Below, piece by piece: positions 63,501 through 64,000 of a DNA stretch of 64,000 bases. Made by a program: the position numbers and the translations under genes. The notes under the pieces were generated by a model. The model saw only the letters and a list, made by a program, of their open reading frames with translations, had not been told where the DNA came from and did no database searches. Position 1 is the first letter of the stretch. The number at the start of each line of letters is the position of its first letter. This DNA comes from Mobula birostris (taxonomy: Eukaryota), in the NCBI RefSeq assembly GCF_030028105.1, contig NC_092379.1:130298065-130362064 (forward strand). The letters are read 5' to 3'.

Positions 63501-64000
63501 GCTGCTCTACTTGTCACCGCCATCATAAATGGAAACCTCTTATTCTGGAACCATGTCCCACGTTCTCGATATTCACACCAGGGGAATTTCCCTCTCTGTA
63601 CTCACCCTATTAATCCTCCTCTAAGCTCCAACCAAAACACGCCAAACCTGCTCGAGGTGGCATTGTTTCTCAACATTTTAATACTAGGAATCAACCTAAG
63701 GAACATTTCTGCATTTTCTCCTTAGCAAGTACAACCTTCCTTAAACATACAGACTAAAACTATACGTTTGCAGTGCAGACCAAAATGTGACCACTGGGCA
63801 CTAAATTTAAATAGACTTCATTTTATTTAGTCCTAATTGTGTTATTTCTTGTAAAATAGTGCGTAATTTTAATTTATGTTGTTCTTGTGAATGCTGCTTA
63901 TATGCTGCCTCTGATGTGACTGCAAGTATGGTTTTCACTGCACCATTACATACTTGTACCAGTCAAAGTCAAAATAAACTTAATATCAAAGGACATATGT

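Overview
Vertebrate genomic DNA, most likely a cartilaginous fish (ray/shark), inferred from the CR1/HER1-like LINEs, V-SINEs, Rex/Babar LINEs and Penelope repeats. Three protein-coding genes were resolved by hand with GT-AG junctions. NDUFA1 (minus strand, 3 exons, 70 aa) sits head-to-head across a 517-bp CpG/NRF1-rich promoter with UPF3B (plus strand, 10 coding exons, 465 aa). An intronless ankyrin-repeat gene, SOWAHD-like (minus strand, 331 aa), lies further on. The order matches human Xq24, except that RNF113A and apparently RPL39 are missing. The rest is a dense, often nested mosaic of transposable elements, with a 240-N assembly gap. The main hidden signal is a family of Penelope-derived short elements carrying a minimal type I hammerhead ribozyme motif (cagtc-CTGANGA-A-GGG..CCC-GAAAC-GTC-gactg). 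Several copies have 10-15 bp target-site duplications (TSDs), some form inverted dimers, and three lie in sense orientation inside UPF3B introns. Other items: highly structured RTE-type 5' ends (possible HDV-like ribozyme), a MetaSINE-like element nested three deep, and a weak 85-nt UPF3B intron that could feed NMD autoregulation. Repeat family names come from motif recognition only; no database search was run, and most repeat boundaries are approximate.
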